NCBI RefSeq assembly: GCF_006345805.1
Contig: NC_043025.1
Span: 14,384,001 to 14,448,000, forward strand
Source of the DNA: Octopus sinensis
Lineage: Eukaryota
Direction: 5' to 3'
DNA length: 64,000 bases
Positions 37,020 to 49,984 of this stretch are shown here, piece by piece; position 1 is the first letter of the stretch; each line of letters opens with the position of its first letter. The position numbers were made by a program, and so were the translations under genes. The notes beneath the pieces are model-generated. The model was not told the origin of the DNA. It did no database searches and worked only from the letters and a program-made list of their open reading frames with translations.

Positions 37020-37825
37020 TTACTCTTTTACTTGTTTCAGTCATTTGACTGCGGCCATGCTGGAGCACCGCCTTTAGTCAAGCAAATCGACCCCGGGACT
37101 TATTCTTTGTAAGCCCAGTACTTATTCTATTGGTCTCTTTTGCCGAACCGCTACATGACAGGGACGTAAACACACCAGTATCGGTTGTCAAGCAATGCTA
37201 GGGGGACAAACACAGACACACAAACATACAAACACACATATATATATATACATATATACGACAGGCTTCTTTCAGTTTCCGTCTACCAAATCCACTCACA
37301 AGGCATTGGTCGGCCCGGGGCTATAGTAGAAGACACTTGCCCAAGGTGCCACGCAGTGGGACTGAACCCAGAACCATGTGGTTGGTTAGCAAGCTACTTA
37401 CCACACAGCCACTCCTGCGCCTATATATATATCTTTACTCTTTTACTTGTTTCAGTCATTTGACTGTGGCCATGCTGGAGCATCGCCTTTTAGTCGAGCA
37501 AATCGACCCCAGGACTTATTCTTCAGAAGCCTAGTACTTATTCTATCGGTCTCTTTTGCCGAACCGCTAATTTACGAGGACATAAACACACCAGCATCGG
37601 TTGTCGAGCGATGTTGGGGGGACAAACACAGACACACAAACATCCACATACATACATATATATGATGGGCTTCTTTCAGTTTCCATCTACCAAATCCACT
37701 CACAAGGCTCTGGTCGGCCCAAGGCTATAGTAGAAGACACTTGCCCAAGGTGCCACGCAGTGGGGCTGAACCCGGAACCATGTGGTTGGGAAGCAAGCTG
37801 CTTACCACACAGCCACTCCTATGCC
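37020..37825 (-). mobile_element. Two tandem reverse family A SINEs (37020-37422, 37433-37825)
   Basis: Full-length reverse copies. Confidence 0.85.
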
Positions 37826-39145
37826 TGATGATGATGATGATGATATATAAAATATATAAAAATATATAAAATTTAGACAACTTACATTGAGATGTCAGAA
37901 GATTCTTTGAAATATTACACAGAAGATGTGTTTTTGATTAATATTCATAAAGCTATGCACAGCATTAGGGGGTGAAGACAAACTCTTAAAACTGCTAGTA
38001 GTGGTAGTAGAAGTTTTTTATCCACATGTAGGCCTTGATCAAATATCTTCCAGCTATGGCCATCCCGTCTTTCAATGAGAGAGTTTTTTGTTTGATAAAA
38101 TTATTTGATGTCCACTTTTTTTTAAATAACCAGCCAAATTAAGAAGGTATGATTTAAGTGAGATTTTACTGTTATTTCTAGTAAGCCGCATGAGTCTAAA
38201 GGGTTTCCATCAGATGGTTAATTTCTCAATTACAGGCTCCAAAAAATCCCGATTAATTAATAAATCAATGGCAAAGTAATTTTACTAAATTCATTATTTT
38301 AAAAATTAACTGAAACGTAAGTAGAATATTTTGACAGAAATATGGTAATAACAGGGTTAACGTATAATCACACAAAAAGATAATTAAACGTTAATTGAAG
38401 GTACACTTAATAACAACTGAGTTTGAGTGAGATTTAGCTGTTATTTCCAGCAAGTCATGTAACTCTATAAAGGTTCCCTAAACTGGTTAATTCTTCTGTT
38501 TCAGGCCCTGAAAATCTCAACTGTAAAGACAAAAGGGTAAATAGACCTGGTAGAAGAATGGACAAAGGAATCACCAATTAATGCTGGTGTTGCTATTGTT
38601 GTTTAACCCTGGGTCAACTCCGACTGAGAAAACCTATGATCAAAGATATTCCACTAAAGACGATCCCTTATTTTAGAAGAATATAGGATGATATTGTTCA
38701 AGGTGATCCTCCAAATTTTTGGGGTGTTTTTTTTGAAGTCATTGAGATGTGTTTGGATAGAATTTGGCTGTTGTTTCTAGCAGGTTGAACGACTTCATAG
38801 AAGCCTCCTCTCCTTGGTATTAGGTTTTTTGTAATAAGAATGTCCAGCAGGCCATCTGGTGTAATTGGCAACGCTGTGGCCTGGCAAGTGGTCAAAGCAA
38901 GAGAGAGACAGAGAAGCACCAGTGATGTGTGGAAGGTATTTGTCGGGACAAGTGCCAACTATGTATGGAGCTTACAAATTTAGAAGCTAAGGAGACACTA
39001 CAACAGTTTATGAGAAGGCAGAGGTGGGGGGGAGAGAGACACACGGACAGATGGACAGACAGAGAAGACACCGGCTCTGAGTGAATCAATAGAAATAAGT
39101 GTGTATATATGTGAAGGTGCATAGCTTAGTGGTCAGGGGTATCAG

Positions 39146-39380
39146 GCGGCGAGCTGGCAGAGTCGTTAGCACACCGGGTGAAATGCTTGGCTGTATTTTG
39201 TCTGCCATTACGTTCTGAGTTCAAATTCCGCCGAGGTCGACTTTGCCTTTCATCCTTTCGGGGTCGATAAATTAAGTACCAGTTACACACTGGGGTCAAT
39301 GTAATCGACTTAATCCGTTTGTCTGTCCTTGTTTGTCCTCTCTGTGTTTAGCCCCTTGTGGGTAGTAAAGAAATAGGTAT
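39146..39380 (+). mobile_element. Family C SINE
   Basis: GGCGGCGAGCTGGCAGA...GTTCAAATTCCGCCGAGGTCGACTTTGCCTTTCATCCTTTCGGGGTCGATAAATTAAGTACC. Other copies at 3486-3708 (-), 14846-15120, 20903-21115 and 53840-54240 (-). The central part resembles the widespread Meta-type SINE domain (unverified). Confidence 0.8.
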
Positions 39381-39935
39381 CTTGCTCATGATTGTAAGGC
39401 TGTGAGTTCGATTCCTAGTGCCACATTGTAGCCTTGAGCAAGACTTTTTATTTCACTTTTCTCCAGTCCACTCAGCTGGCAAAATTGAGTTGTACCAGTA
39501 ATTCAAAGGGGCCAGCCATGTCACATTCACGGTCATGCTGAATATCCCTGAGAACTACGGTTAAAAGGACATGTGTCTGTGGAATACTCAGCCATTTGCA
39601 CAGTGACTCCATAAGCAGGCTGTTACTTGATCATATTAACTGGAGCCCTCATTGAGTGCCATCAAATCAACGTTGTCTGTATAAGTGCACAATGTGCCAC
39701 ACATCAGATGTTGAAGGGATCACAGACCCAACTGAGACTACCAGGCTTGGCCTATCTTACTGTTCCAAACCCAGAAGGGTGCAGGGACCTTTCAGACAGA
39801 CAATTCCAGGCATAGAACAGGGTTTGATGGCAAGAGTCTTCCTTTTCCGTCATATATTGGTGGACTCTCCTGTCACAGACAACTGATGACCGTTACACAA
39901 TTCCCTCCATGACCAACCTGCACAGATGATCTACT

Positions 39936-40331
39936 CATTACTTGTTTCAGTCATTTGATGTGCGGCCATGCTGGAGCACCCCCCTTTAGTCGAGCATAAT
40001 GACCCCAGGACTTATTCTTAGTAAGCCTAGTACTTATTCTATCGGTCTCTTTTGCCGAACCGCTAAATGACGGGGACATAAACACACCAGCATTGGTTGT
40101 CAAGAGATGTTGGAGGGACAAACACAGACACACAAACATACATACACACAAACACACACACATACATATATATGACGGGCTTCTTTCAGTTTCCGCCTAC
40201 CAAATCCACCCACATGGCTTTGGTCGGCCCGAGGCTATAGTAGAAGACATTTGCCCAAGGTGCCACGCAGTGGGACTGAACCCGGAACCATGTGGTTCGT
40301 AAGCAAGCTACTTACCACACAGCCACTCCTA
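39936..40331 (-). mobile_element. Family A SINE
   Basis: Full-length reverse copy. Confidence 0.85.
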
Positions 40332-41069
40332 TATATCGTGGCCATTTTTTTTTGCTGTTTTGTACATCAGTTCTCTTTCTTGCTTTTTCCATATCTATCT
40401 ATCTATATATATATATATATATATATGGAAAAAGCAAGAAAGAGAACTGAGGAACAAAACAGCAAAAAAATATGGCCACGATAATTATGAGCTCAATTAT
40501 AATAGGTCATTAAACTCCAATATTTTACAGTAAATCCAGGTGAAAAAATAAAAAAGAAACACCTTCAAGATTACAGATGATCTGTTAAACATATGTTTAG
40601 AATAAAAAGCAGAAAAGTAGGCATTTTCCGAATAGTTCATAATTCAATTATATTTAACAGCTGTTTCTAATCCCATAATGACATAATTAGGAACATAATT
40701 AATTTGAATTAATTTCAAGCTATGGTTTATCCCAAATCATCAAGAAAATTATAATCATAATAATATTACCGATGATTTGGGATAAACATTGCTTTAAATA
40801 TATTGTATATCTTAATGTCTCGATTATGGAATTAATAATGTGTATCGATAATGAAACAGATGTTGAACCTAATTAATTTATCAGCTAGTCACTTTATTTC
40901 CTCTCACATACATAGTTTGTTTTCATTTCAAGTTTTACATATACACACACACACACATTTCTAGCAACAGGGGTGCTCACTAGTACCTTCAGTTGCTTTA
41001 GTGACATATATATTTTTGCCTTTCAGTTGAAAAATTGCTAGTAAGTACCCTCATTATTTGTTCATCGAC

Positions 41070-41394
41070 TGGCCTCCGTGCTGGTGGCACGTAACAAACA
41101 CCATCCGATCGTGACTGTGCCAGCCTCGCCTGGCCTCTGTGCCGGTGGCACTTAAAAAGCACCATCCGGGCGTGGCCGTTCGCCAGCCTCGTCTGGCACC
41201 TGTGTCGGTGACACATAAAAAGCACCCACTACACTCACGGAGTGGTTGGCATGAGGAAGGGCATCCAGCTGTAGAAACACTGCCAGATCTGACTGGCCTG
41301 GTGCAGCCTTCAGACTTCCTAGACCCCAGTTGAACCGTCCAACCCATGCTAGCATGGAAAGCGGACGTTAAATGATGATGATGATGATGATGAT
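41070..41394 (+). mobile_element. Family D retroposon copy
   Basis: Ends CCCATGCTAGCATGGAAAGCGGACGTTAAA(TGA)n. Confidence 0.8.
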
Positions 41395-42180
41395 ATATAT
41401 ATATATATGTGTTTGTGTGTGTGTTTGTGTGGAGGCTTGTAGCTTAGGGGTTAGGGTGTCAGCATCATGATCGTAAGATTGTGGTTTCGATTCCTGGACC
41501 AGGCAACGTGTTGTGTTCTTGAGCAAAACACTTCATTTCATGTTGCCCCAGTTCACTCAGTTGGCAAAAATGAGTTATCCTACGATGGACTGGCATCCCA
41601 TCCAGCTGGGGAACACATACGCCATAGAAACTGTGAAACCAGGCCCATGAGCCTGGCTAGGCTTTAGAAGGGTGCATTTATTTTATTTATATACTATATA
41701 TATATATATACACACATTTGTATAATCAAATTTTGAGATGCACTGAAGACTTGGGCTATTCCAATTTGCACCTGAGCCAATATAGAACCTGATATCATTG
41801 TCTGACAGTCTGTCTGTTTGGACGATCCATTAAGTAGACACCTTTGAAACTCAAGAATATTCCTGTACTCTCATTTCTTTTCAAAGGCCGAGAAAGAAAA
41901 CAAGCACAACACTTTTATATATATATATATCATCATCGTTTAACGTCCGTTCTTCATGCTAGCATGGGTTGGACGGTTCGACCAGGGATCTGGGAAGCCA
42001 GAAGGCTGCACCAGGCTCCAGTCTGATCTGGCAATGTTTCTACAGCTGGATACCCTTCCTAACGCCAACCACTCCGTGAGTGTAGTGGGTGCTTTTTACG
42101 TGCCACCTGCACAGATGCCAGGCGAGGCTGGCAACGGCCACGGTCGGATTGGTGTATTTTACGTGCCAATATATATATAT

Positions 42181-42574
42181 ACTCTTTTACTTGTTTCAGT
42201 CATTTGACTGCGGCCATGCTGGAGCACCACCTTTAATCAAGCAACTCAACCCCGGGACTTATTCTTTTTGTAAGCCCAGTACTTATTCTTTCAATCTCTT
42301 TTGCCGAACCGCTAAGTAACGGGGACATAAACACACCAGCATCGGTTGTCAAGCAATGCTAGGGGGACAAACACAAACAGACACACACACGCATATATAT
42401 ATATATATACATATATAAGACGGGCTTCTTTTCAGTTTCCGTCTACCAAATCCACTCACAAGGCTTTGGTCGGCCCGAGGCTATAGTAGAAGACACTTGC
42501 CCAAGGTGCCATGCAGTGGGACTGAACCCGGAACCATGTGGTTGGTAGACAAGCTACTTACCACACAGCCACTC
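42181..42574 (-). mobile_element. Family A SINE
   Basis: Full-length reverse copy. Confidence 0.85.
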
Positions 42575-43005
42575 TATTTATTCTGCAGAGTTTTATTGTC
42601 TGTCTGTCTGTCCTTCACTCTCACTCTCTCTACAATTAGTTATGAACAATGCTTCTTACTAATCCAACTGCTGCCTGGCTAAAATGTCCTGAGCTACCCT
42701 CATTTACCTGCACGAAATGAGAAAAAAGAAAACAGCAACAATAAAAAAAAATAAACCAAATAACACTACCTATATTATATAGACAACTGCGTAGTTGAAA
42801 AGAATTCACAATAAGTCTGTCTGTCTGTCTGTCTCTCTGCATGTATATCTGTTTCACCCTCTCTTATTCCCTCCCTCTATATTTATATATACATATATAT
42901 ATGTGTGTGTGTCTATATATGTATATGTGTATATACATACATATATACATATATATATATATGTACATATATTTTAATTTGTCCCCGTCCCCCCACTCTC
43001 TCTCC

Positions 43006-43049
<44 letters not shown>

Positions 43050-43654
43050 TGCGGGCATGGCTGTGTGGTTAGGAAGCTTGCTTCCTAGCTAAATGTTTTC
43101 GGGTTCAGTCCCACTGCGTGGCACTTTAGGTGGGCGTCTTCCACTATAGCCCCGAGCCGACCAGAGCTTTGTGATTGAATTCGGTAGGTGGAAGTTACTG
43201 CCGTGTGTGTATGTGTGCGTATAGCTGCTCAGTGCCTCTCCGAAAGAGAGAGAGGGATATATATATATCTGTAAATACATACATCTGTATATACATGTCT
43301 CTCTGTCCGTCCGTCTGTCTTTTTCTTTCTTTCTTTCTTTCTATGTATATAGTTTGAAAGGGGCCAATACACAAAACTCCCAGATCTTGAGTCACTCTGT
43401 TGCTTCTACTAAATATTAATAAAAATATAAATAAATCTCTCAATCCCTGTCTGTTTCTGTCTCTCTCTCTCTCTCTCTCTGGAGTTTCACCTGTCTGCTG
43501 CACCAACACAGAGTCCATTCAGTTAAAAAACTAACAACAACGTCACATGTCCATCTACCTGTGAACCAACCGATTGACCGATCGACCAATCAATCTACCT
43601 TCCAGCTCATTGACTTACTGTGCAAGGCCATGCTAGAAATAGCAGCAAAATCCT

Positions 43655-45530
43655 GTTGAGGTATCCTTTAGAAGAAGTGCATTTCGGCAGCTTACGTTTG
43701 CACTGGGACTCTTTTGGGAGATCAGGGGGTCACTCCAGGTCAAGCTACGATTTCTCTGCATTGAGAGATCACAGCTCTAGTTCTATGGACATGTGATTAA
43801 AATGTCACAGGAAAGAATCACATCTTTCATCATAATTCCTATTGAATCATTGCTGTCCTGGTGTTATATAACATAACCCATGGACATACAAGTCGATGAC
43901 AAAGCCTTTATGTGGTTAGTAGAGGGGCTAGAAAGAGCAGCAAAGTCTCCCTCAACACACACCATACTGTCTTAAAAAATAGCTTGATCACATTGGACAT
44001 TGTTGTCCAAGATACACTATGTCATAATAAAAGATAAAACTGTCAGGGTTTGGGCACGTGTGATTATAAGCCCTGCTGGACTGTTGCTGGACTGGGGTTA
44101 AATAATATAACCTACATTAGTCAACAGCAGTCCTTGTGTGGTTGGTAGAGGCGCTAGAAATAGCAGCAAAATCTCCCCCAAAACAAACACCGTACTGTCT
44201 TCAAAAACAGCTAGGACCCTTTAGACACCGTAGTTCGAGATACACTGTGCCATAACAATAGATAAAACTGTCAGGGTGTGAACACATTTGATCATAGGAC
44301 CGCTGCTGTTGTGGGGCTACATAACCTGAGCTACCGAGCAGCCAGGCCGACCGACTGACCAGCCAACCAAGCATTGTGTTACACAGTTTCCGTATTACCT
44401 CACAGCAGAAATCAATAACTATCGACTGTTAACAAGTAATCAATGGTTACAGGTGGCAATTTTTTTTTATTTTTGCTTCCTGTTTATTTTCTCTTTTCAG
44501 GTCAGGTGGTGAGAGATGAATTCGGATGGCCATATTGCTGAAAACTCAACAAAGGGAGAGACTCCCTGGTCTCCAAGATGTGCATCCTGTTGAGGTATCC
44601 TTTGGAAGAAGTGCATTTCGGCAGCTTACGTTTGCACTGGGACTCTTTTGGGGATTAGGGAGTCACTCAGAGTCAAGCTACGATTTCTCTGCATTGAGAG
44701 GTCATAGCTCTGGCTCTATGGACATGTGATTAAAATGTCACAGGAAAGAATCACAAGACAGATTCTTGAGGCTGAGCCAAGTGGCAGGAGACCCAGGAGG
44801 GGACCAAGAACGAGATGGTTGGATGTTATTAGTCTCAGTTGGTCTTGCTTGGGAATCCAGCAGAAAAGTGTAATGAGGGTTGATTCTGACGGGACCCTGA
44901 AAACTCTACCCCCTCAGCTCTGGTACTGTGAACATGTCATTAGAATCTTGCAGGAAGAATCACAAGATGGATTCTTCAAGATAAGCCAAGTGGCAGGAGA
45001 CCCAGGGGTAGAGCAAGAATGAGATGGTTGGATGATATCCAAAGTCTCGGTTGGTCATGTTTGGAAATTCAAGCAGAAAGTGAAATGATGATTGCTTCTG
45101 ATAGGACTCTACAGAGGAGGTGCCTGAACACTTTACTCTCATGACCCTTCCAGGAATAGCGAACAAAAAAGATGGCTGGATGAATGCAAAGATCACAGAT
45201 TCTTTGAACCAAGCCAACTGGCAGGTGACCTCGGGGCAGATGAAGAACAAGATGGTTGGATATTGTCCCTAGTTTCCTTTGGATAGGAATCTACCTGGAA
45301 AGTCGAATGACAGTTGCAAGGGACAGGACTGTATGGAGGAGATGTGGGAGGAGTTTTCTCCAAGAAACAGCTGGGCAGACCTAGAACTTGATGGTTGGAT
45401 AATGTCCCTAGTTTCAGTCAGTCATGTTTTGGAATCCAGTTGGAAAGTGTAATGATGGTTGCTCCTGATAGGACCCTATGGAGAAGGGGCCAGAGGACAT
45501 CACTCCCATAACCCTTCCAGGAATAAAGAT
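43655..45530 (+). mobile_element. Cluster of about 5 co-oriented RTE ORF2 C-terminal fragments
   Basis: HVIKMSQERITRQILEAEPSGRRPRRGPRTRWLDVI and diverged repeats of it at about 43655, 44586, 44925, 45187 and 45350. Confidence 0.75.
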
Positions 45531-45800
45531 AAACTACATTTGAAATACAAGATAATATAATGGATTTTACATATGAATATTATGGTCTGTACCTAGCAAT
45601 ACAGGGCAGCCATGGCTCCCTTTTGCATAGTCTGTACATAATTTTAATAAATTACTGCTATGTTATGTTCAGTTGTAATAAAAGTCGTACTAAGCTTATT
45701 CAAAGCATCAGAAAAGAATTTTTCACCAATCCCATGAACTATACTCTGACCTCTATATACAAATACACATCCCTATCTAAACACACACACGTATGTGTTT

Positions 45801-45840
<40 letters not shown>

Positions 45841-47094
45841 GCATGTGTGTGTATATGTATATATATATATATATATATAATATATATATATACATACACA
45901 CGCATACATGTATATATATATATATACACACAACTACACACACACTCATACATATAATAACCACATGCCAAAGACATCCGTGTCTTAATTCTCAACAGTC
46001 CATTATTAATAATAATAATAATAATAAACGCTAACAACAGCGATCTGCTAACCTACTTTCTAAGTTATTCACAGCTTTTTGTCGACGGTGAATAATTAAA
46101 TATTGTGACTGAACTCGTTAATAAACTCATAAAAATAAAATCCTGAAAGACACAATTACAGCAGATTGCTGTAAAACACCTTCTGTGGTTTTACTTATTC
46201 ATTTGATTCACATCAAATGCTGTTATTTAACTGAGTGGTGAGCGAGCCTGGGTTGGACAGGTCCATTTTCAAAAACAGACCTGCTATTGTCATATCCAAT
46301 CGCTTTTGTTTTTCCTTTGTTTTTTCCCCCCAAGATTTTTATCTGTGGACATTATCAAATGTGTCCTTCTATAACCGAGACAGTAGATTGTTTTTTTGGA
46401 GCACGATTTGGCTGTTATTTCAAGCAGCTTCAATGACCATGTGAAGACTTCATTCTTAGTACATATATATTCTTTTATTGTTTTATTCTTTTATGTGTTT
46501 CAGTCATTTGACTGTGGCCAGGCTGGAGCACCGCCTTTAGTTGAGCAAATCGACCCCAGGACTTATTCTTTGTAAGACTCGTACTTATTCTATCGGTCTC
46601 TTTTGCCGAACCGCTAAGTGACGGGGATGTAAACACCACCATTGATTGTCAAGCAATGCTAGGGGGACAAATACAGACACACAAATATACACAGACACAC
46701 ACACACACACACACATATATACATATACATATACATATGTATGACGGGCTTCTTTATGTGTCTGATCTCTCCAGCTGAATGAGAAGGAAAGAAAGAAACA
46801 CAAGTTAGGAAAAGAAAGAAAGATGGCCGATGGTCACATGGGAGTAACGAGAGAGCAAAGGACGAAGAGTGAGGGAGGGAGAGAGTGACAGAGAACGGCG
46901 AAGGGGATACTTATTAAGGAGCTCACTCGGCAAAAATGTTGCTTTGGGTTCCATTCCACTATGAAGCACCTTGCACAACTCTCTTGTACTATAGCGCTTG
47001 GCCAATCAATGCTTTGTGAGCAAATTTGGTAAACAGAGTGTGTGTAAGTTTGTTAAGTCTGTTCTGAGAGTGCAAGCATGTCTGTGTGTGTATG

Positions 47095-47129
<35 letters not shown>

Positions 47130-47199
47130 TGAAATCGGAATCGAAATTGAACCAATCCTATGACTGCCATCCGGCAGATGCCAGGACCCCTGGACTGGA

Positions 47200-47578
47200 G
47201 ATACATAAAAAGCACTATCTGAATCGTGGCCGATGCCAGCGCCGCCTCGACTGGCTTCCGTGTCGGTGGCACGTAAAAAGCACCATCCGAATCGTGGCCG
47301 AAGCCAGTGCCGCCTCGGCTGGCTTCCGTGCAGGTGGCACGTAAATTGCACCAATCCGACCGTGGCCGTTGCCAGCCTCGCCTGGCACCTGTGCGGGTGG
47401 CACGTAAAAAGCACCCACTACACTCACAGAGTGGTTGGCGTTAGGAAGGGCATCCAGCTGTAGAAACATTGCCAGATAAGACCGGAGCCTGGTGCAGCCT
47501 TCTGGCTTCCCAGATCCCCGGTCGAACCGTCCAACCCATGCTAGCATGGAGAACGGACGTTAAACGATGATGATGATA
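47200..47578 (+). mobile_element. Family D retroposon copy (very similar to 34215-34609)
   Basis: Same internal repeat order and (GAT)n tail. Confidence 0.8.
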
Positions 47579-48199
47579 TATATGCACACACATGATGATG
47601 ATTATGATGATGACATACACACACAAGCTCAAGTATATTTTTGAAATCCGGGTATAACAAATTTTTGATTTATAAAAACCTTCTCTACCTCCACAGTATG
47701 TGCTATAACTATTCAGAACACACACACGAATGTATAACAGACTTTATATGAAAATTATTCTATTTGTACATTCATGCATGTACAAGTCTCCCATCAGCTA
47801 TTGAAATCTAAAATGTGTGTGTGTGTGTATACATGCACATGTATACACTCAGATATGCATTATAGATTTTTATATGTAAATTATTATATTTGTACATCTG
47901 TGTACACATAATGGTTCATATCAGTTACAGAAACCTAATATATATATATATATATATATTGGTAAAACGGTAAGATAACAAAAGAAAGAAAGAGACCTCA
48001 ATATTATGTAAATAGAGAAAATTTATCTATACAATAATATGTTACATTACTCAATAGTCATGATAAAACTCTGAGTTTCAGATGCCGAAGTGGAAATCCA
48101 CAACACCATCTCAGATAACCGAAGAGATGGTGTTGTGGATTTCCACTTCGGCATCTGAAACTCAGAGTTTTATCTTGACTATCGAGTAATGTAACATAT

Positions 48200-48247
<48 letters not shown>

Positions 48248-48904
48248 TGTGTGTGTGTGTGTGTGTGCGTGTGTATATATATATATATACATACATACAT
48301 ACACATGCACACACACACACACACATATATATTATATATAATATATAATATAGAGAGAGAGAGAGAGAAGTAAGATATATGAACAAACAGACATGCAAAA
48401 TTGTGATGATGATGATGATGATGATGATGATAAGGATGATGTTGATAGCGATGATGCTGATTATAATGGTGGTGGTGTTGGTGGTGGTGTTGGTGGTGGT
48501 GTTGGTAGTGGTGCTAACACTAACAATGTTGGTGATGATAAAATTACGTTGATAGAGATACCAGCGATAACGATGGCAATTATAAATGATGATGATGATG
48601 CCGGCGACGACGACGATGATAATAATAATAATGATGATGATGATGATGATAATAATAATAATAATAATAATGGTAACGATGGTAACTGGACAGTTCCTAG
48701 CTGTTTCCAAAGTCACCATATGGTGGCTTTCGGAATCTCGGCCAGCATCCCTTCAACTCCTCCTCCTCCTACAACCATCACCATCATCATCATCATCATC
48801 ATAACTCTACACATATATATTTCACTCTCACTCCCTTCTCCTCTCTCTCTCCTTCCTTCCTTTAATATGTCTATACGAAATCACACAAACGCACCAAGCA
48901 CTTT

Positions 48905-48964
<60 letters not shown>

Positions 48965-49108
48965 CATACACTCGTATATATTACTGCTTATGTATTTGTA
49001 TGTATGAGTTTGTGTATATATATTATTGCCTCTGTGTGTGTGTGTATATATATATAGTTATATATATGTTTAGTTAACTAGAAATTCTGTCCATCAAAAG
49101 GAAAAGAT

Positions 49109-49169
<61 letters not shown>

Positions 49170-49464
49170 GAGGCAATAATATATATACGCACACACATAC
49201 ATATAAATATATATATATACATACATATATATATATATATATATGCATACACACACTGAGGCGATAATATATATATGTATGTGTGTGTATGAATATGTAT
49301 GAGTGTGTATACACACAACACACATATATATGTGTGTGTGTGTGTGTGTATGTATACACACTGATACATATGTATGTGTGCCTGTGTATACACACACATA
49401 TATATATATACAGTCCCACTTTGTAATTTATATTTTATATTTAATTTATACATATATATATATT

Positions 49465-49507
<43 letters not shown>

Positions 49508-49600
49508 ATGTGTGCGTGTGTATACGCATATATATATATATATATGTATTAAAAAAAAACCGAGACATGTGCTCTGTACTTAACCAAGGCACAGCACGCA

Positions 49601-49632
<32 letters not shown>

Positions 49633-49984
49633 GCGGGGGAGAGGATGTTCGTGGGAGTCCCACTAACTCTCCTCATCCTTCTCCTCTCCAATAAATCGGG
49701 CAAGTTGAACTAATAACACAAAGCGACTCCCTCCTCCTCCTCCTCTCTCTCTCCTCTGTCTCTCCCTCTGTTCCTGTCTGTCTGTCTGTCAGCCACCTTG
49801 CTGCTTTACATACGGAAACAATATGCAACTCTAACATTTATTAAAGCAATGACGAAATCGAACTCGCATCAACAACGCCCACGCACGGCCAGATGCTCTC
49901 CCTTCTCTTCACCTCCCTAAGCTATTAACCTCTCACCTTCCTCCTCCCCCTCTCTCTTTGCATTAGGGAATCTCCTCAGTGCCC

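Noticed and set aside
38698-38958. Signal-peptide-like ORF (MALVPTNTFHTSLVLLCLSLALTTCQA...)
   Set aside because: It starts at TTG directly after a stop, its hydrophobicity comes from a CT-rich patch, and the 3' half runs into a dispersed repeat.
44461-44606. Strong plus-strand splice acceptor (TTTTCTCTTTTCAG|GTCAGG) and short ORF
   Set aside because: All frames close quickly and run into an RTE fragment; no other plus-strand exons found.
45560-45880. ORF containing KSRTKLIQSIRKE, resembling the missing SGSM RQRLLRTVKKE exon
   Set aside because: Wrong strand relative to the gene and no donor after KE; judged coincidental.
46755-46820. Gene-strand acceptor (TTTCCTTCTCATTCAG|CTGGAG) as the missing SGSM exon
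   Set aside because: After 19 nt it enters a truncated SINE, with no donor and no match to LLRxVKKE.
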